From NCBI RefSeq assembly GCF_963853765.1, contig NC_088854.1, forward strand, positions 56,730,001-56,794,000: DNA of 64,000 bases, given 5' to 3'. Source of the stretch: Magallana gigas. Its lineage: Eukaryota. The notes beneath the pieces were generated by a model. It ran no database searches and was not told where the DNA came from. It worked only from the letters and a program-made list of their open reading frames with translations. The position numbers were made by a program, and so were the translations under genes. Positions 61,976 through 64,000 of this stretch are shown here, in pieces. Each line of letters begins with the position of its first letter. Position 1 is the first letter of the stretch.

Positions 61976-63455
61976 CGATTCCACAAAAGAAAATAATTTT
62001 ATTCTAATTCACCGAGTTCAACCGAAATAAATTATATATCTCCATATTTCTTGTTTACAATGCTTTAATAAGGCATTTCTAGTAGTCAACCAAGCTCTGT
62101 AGCTCACTGATAACTTCAAAACCGACACTCAAAATTTGGCTGGGTATTAGAAATGCCTCACTGGATCCTTGGTTATATTAACGATCTCTGGTTTTAAGCA
62201 ATGTTTGATATCTTTAAGTTATCTGTAATGTTTTTATACGTACCATAAATCTGCCTTTTGTATAAAAAAAATTAGAAGTCTTGAAGTGTTAATATTACAA
62301 AATGCCTGTACCAGAGTACTTGCTTGCACCTTTTGTATTTCAACACATGTGTGGTGATGTTTGTAAGGTATAACTGAATTTTAATTGATAAGTTATTATT
62401 GTGAAATTAATCAAAAACCTACTTTCATTTTCGATAAACAAGCCCGAAATAGCAAAAATGAGAATACGGTGGTGGACACGCTTTGGCGGATCCAAGTCAT
62501 GTATAGTCTTGATCAAAATATATACTTGCAATTAAATAATAATAAATGTCAATATTTTTACTGTCGTGCTATATAGAGAATACACAGTAGTTGAGATTTG
62601 ACAAATGTTGAATAAATAAAATGAGCTAATTCGCTCTTTTAGTCGGTGATTTTAGTTTTTATACTCATTTGCTTGTGAAGCATGACCTCTGGTGAGAGAA
62701 TAGGATAGAACTTTCTAGAATGGGGTAACAAAGAACGTGGATTGACTCATTAACGAAAAGTGAAGGCGAGTTCATCATATCGCGGGCAGATACCTTGGGT
62801 CGGAATTCGATTAATAAGAAAAGTTAATAAATAAATTACTACAATCAATGCGACTTTAGTATAAATGAAAAGAACATTCCAGAACGGGTTACCCAGAAAC
62901 GGGTTGACTAATTTATATCATGGCGGACAGTGTAGGGCAAGTTACCATCGGGCAGATTCTTTGAATCTGACAAGTTTTGTTTAAAATATGCATGCAAATT
63001 GATAATAATACATAATCTACCGTGTTTTAATTTCACACTTCTACGTGATTATTGTATTCTACGTCTATATAGATGACTGATGTTTGCATACAACGGAAAG
63101 TTTAATGAGAACACCCCCCTCCCCCCTTCCAGATTATTTTTTCAAAACAGTCTTTTATCTGAAATTCTAATTTGGGACAGTAATAGAAATTATATTTAAA
63201 ATTGACCTAAAGAACCAATTTACAGAGAGATACACTAAATACCAATTTACTGGTTTGAAATAAATACAATAAAAAGGGTTTTTTTTTAATCAACTGCAAC
63301 AAACAAGAATAAGGCCACGTACATGTAGATATTAGGCTAACCATTTCAAATTAGACTTTTCATCCCTATGCTTCTAAATATCCAACAATAAACGTTGTTT
63401 TTTTATTTCAATTTTAAAGAATAAGACAAGGAATAAAATCGGACAAAGTATATAC

Positions 63456-64000
63456 AACAAGAGGCCAATGGGTCATATCGCTATGTTAAACTTTGAACCC
63501 CTCTTGGGGCCACAGTATTAGTCCAGTGCTAAAGCTTTAATTATTTGGAATCTACATTATTTAAGGATGCTTGCATGGTAATCTCACAAGCTGAAGCATT
63601 ATAGTTCTCTAGAAAAAGATTTTTCAACATTTTCCCTCTATATTTCTATGCTAAACTTTGAACCCCTCTTGGGGCCCCAGTATTAGTTTGAGGTCACGGT
63701 TTTTAATAATTTCGAATCTACACTATTTGAGGATGCTTACGTAGTTATCTGACAAATTGATGCATTGTAGTTCTCGAAAAGAAGATGTTTAAACATTTTC
63801 CATATATACTTCTACATTTAACTTTAAACCCATCTTGGGTCCCCAGTATTAGTCCAGAGGTCACAATTTTAAAACTGTCGAACCTTCATTATCCAAGGTT
63901 GTATGCATGATAGTAATCTCACAAATTGAAGCATTGTAGTTCTCGAGAAGAAGATTTTTAACATGTTACCTTTATATTTCTTTAATAAACTTTGACCCCC
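63456..64000 (-). mobile_element. Helentron-type element with ~166-bp satellite units, reverse orientation, runs off the window
   Basis: aacaagaggccaatgggtcatatcgct end (rc of the family 3' end); units taaactttgaacccc at 63487, 63652, ~63819 and 63986. Confidence 0.8.

Overview
AT-rich eukaryotic DNA, most likely a Crassostrea/Magallana oyster or close bivalve, inferred from a ~166-bp Cg170/HindIII-like satellite carried in Helentron-type elements. The + strand holds a head-to-tail array of ABCC4/MRP4-like ABC exporter genes. Gene A shows only its last two coding exons (490-919). Gene B is complete with 29 coding exons (13896-35227, 1327 aa by my exon sum) and gene C likewise (46910-61180, 1323 aa). 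A relic unit at 7455-10484 retains an almost identical extra copy of B's first coding exon. Introns and spacers carry decayed and nested mobile elements: three Ty3/Gypsy remnants, a DIRS tyrosine-recombinase retroelement inside one of them, a CpG-rich foldback element inside the DIRS gag, plus TTAA/Kolobok-type MITEs, Helentron/HINE elements and a tRNA-derived SINE. The best leads are the duplicated start exon, a uORF at the same position in all three start exons, paralog-specific changes at MRP4 substrate-pocket positions, a 24-bp minisatellite made of splice-donor-like motifs, RGGTCA/DR5 clusters in the same intron of all three genes, and a small TIR element with a repeat-spacer array. All exon and element boundaries were read by eye. 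No prokaryotic system or true CRISPR is supported.
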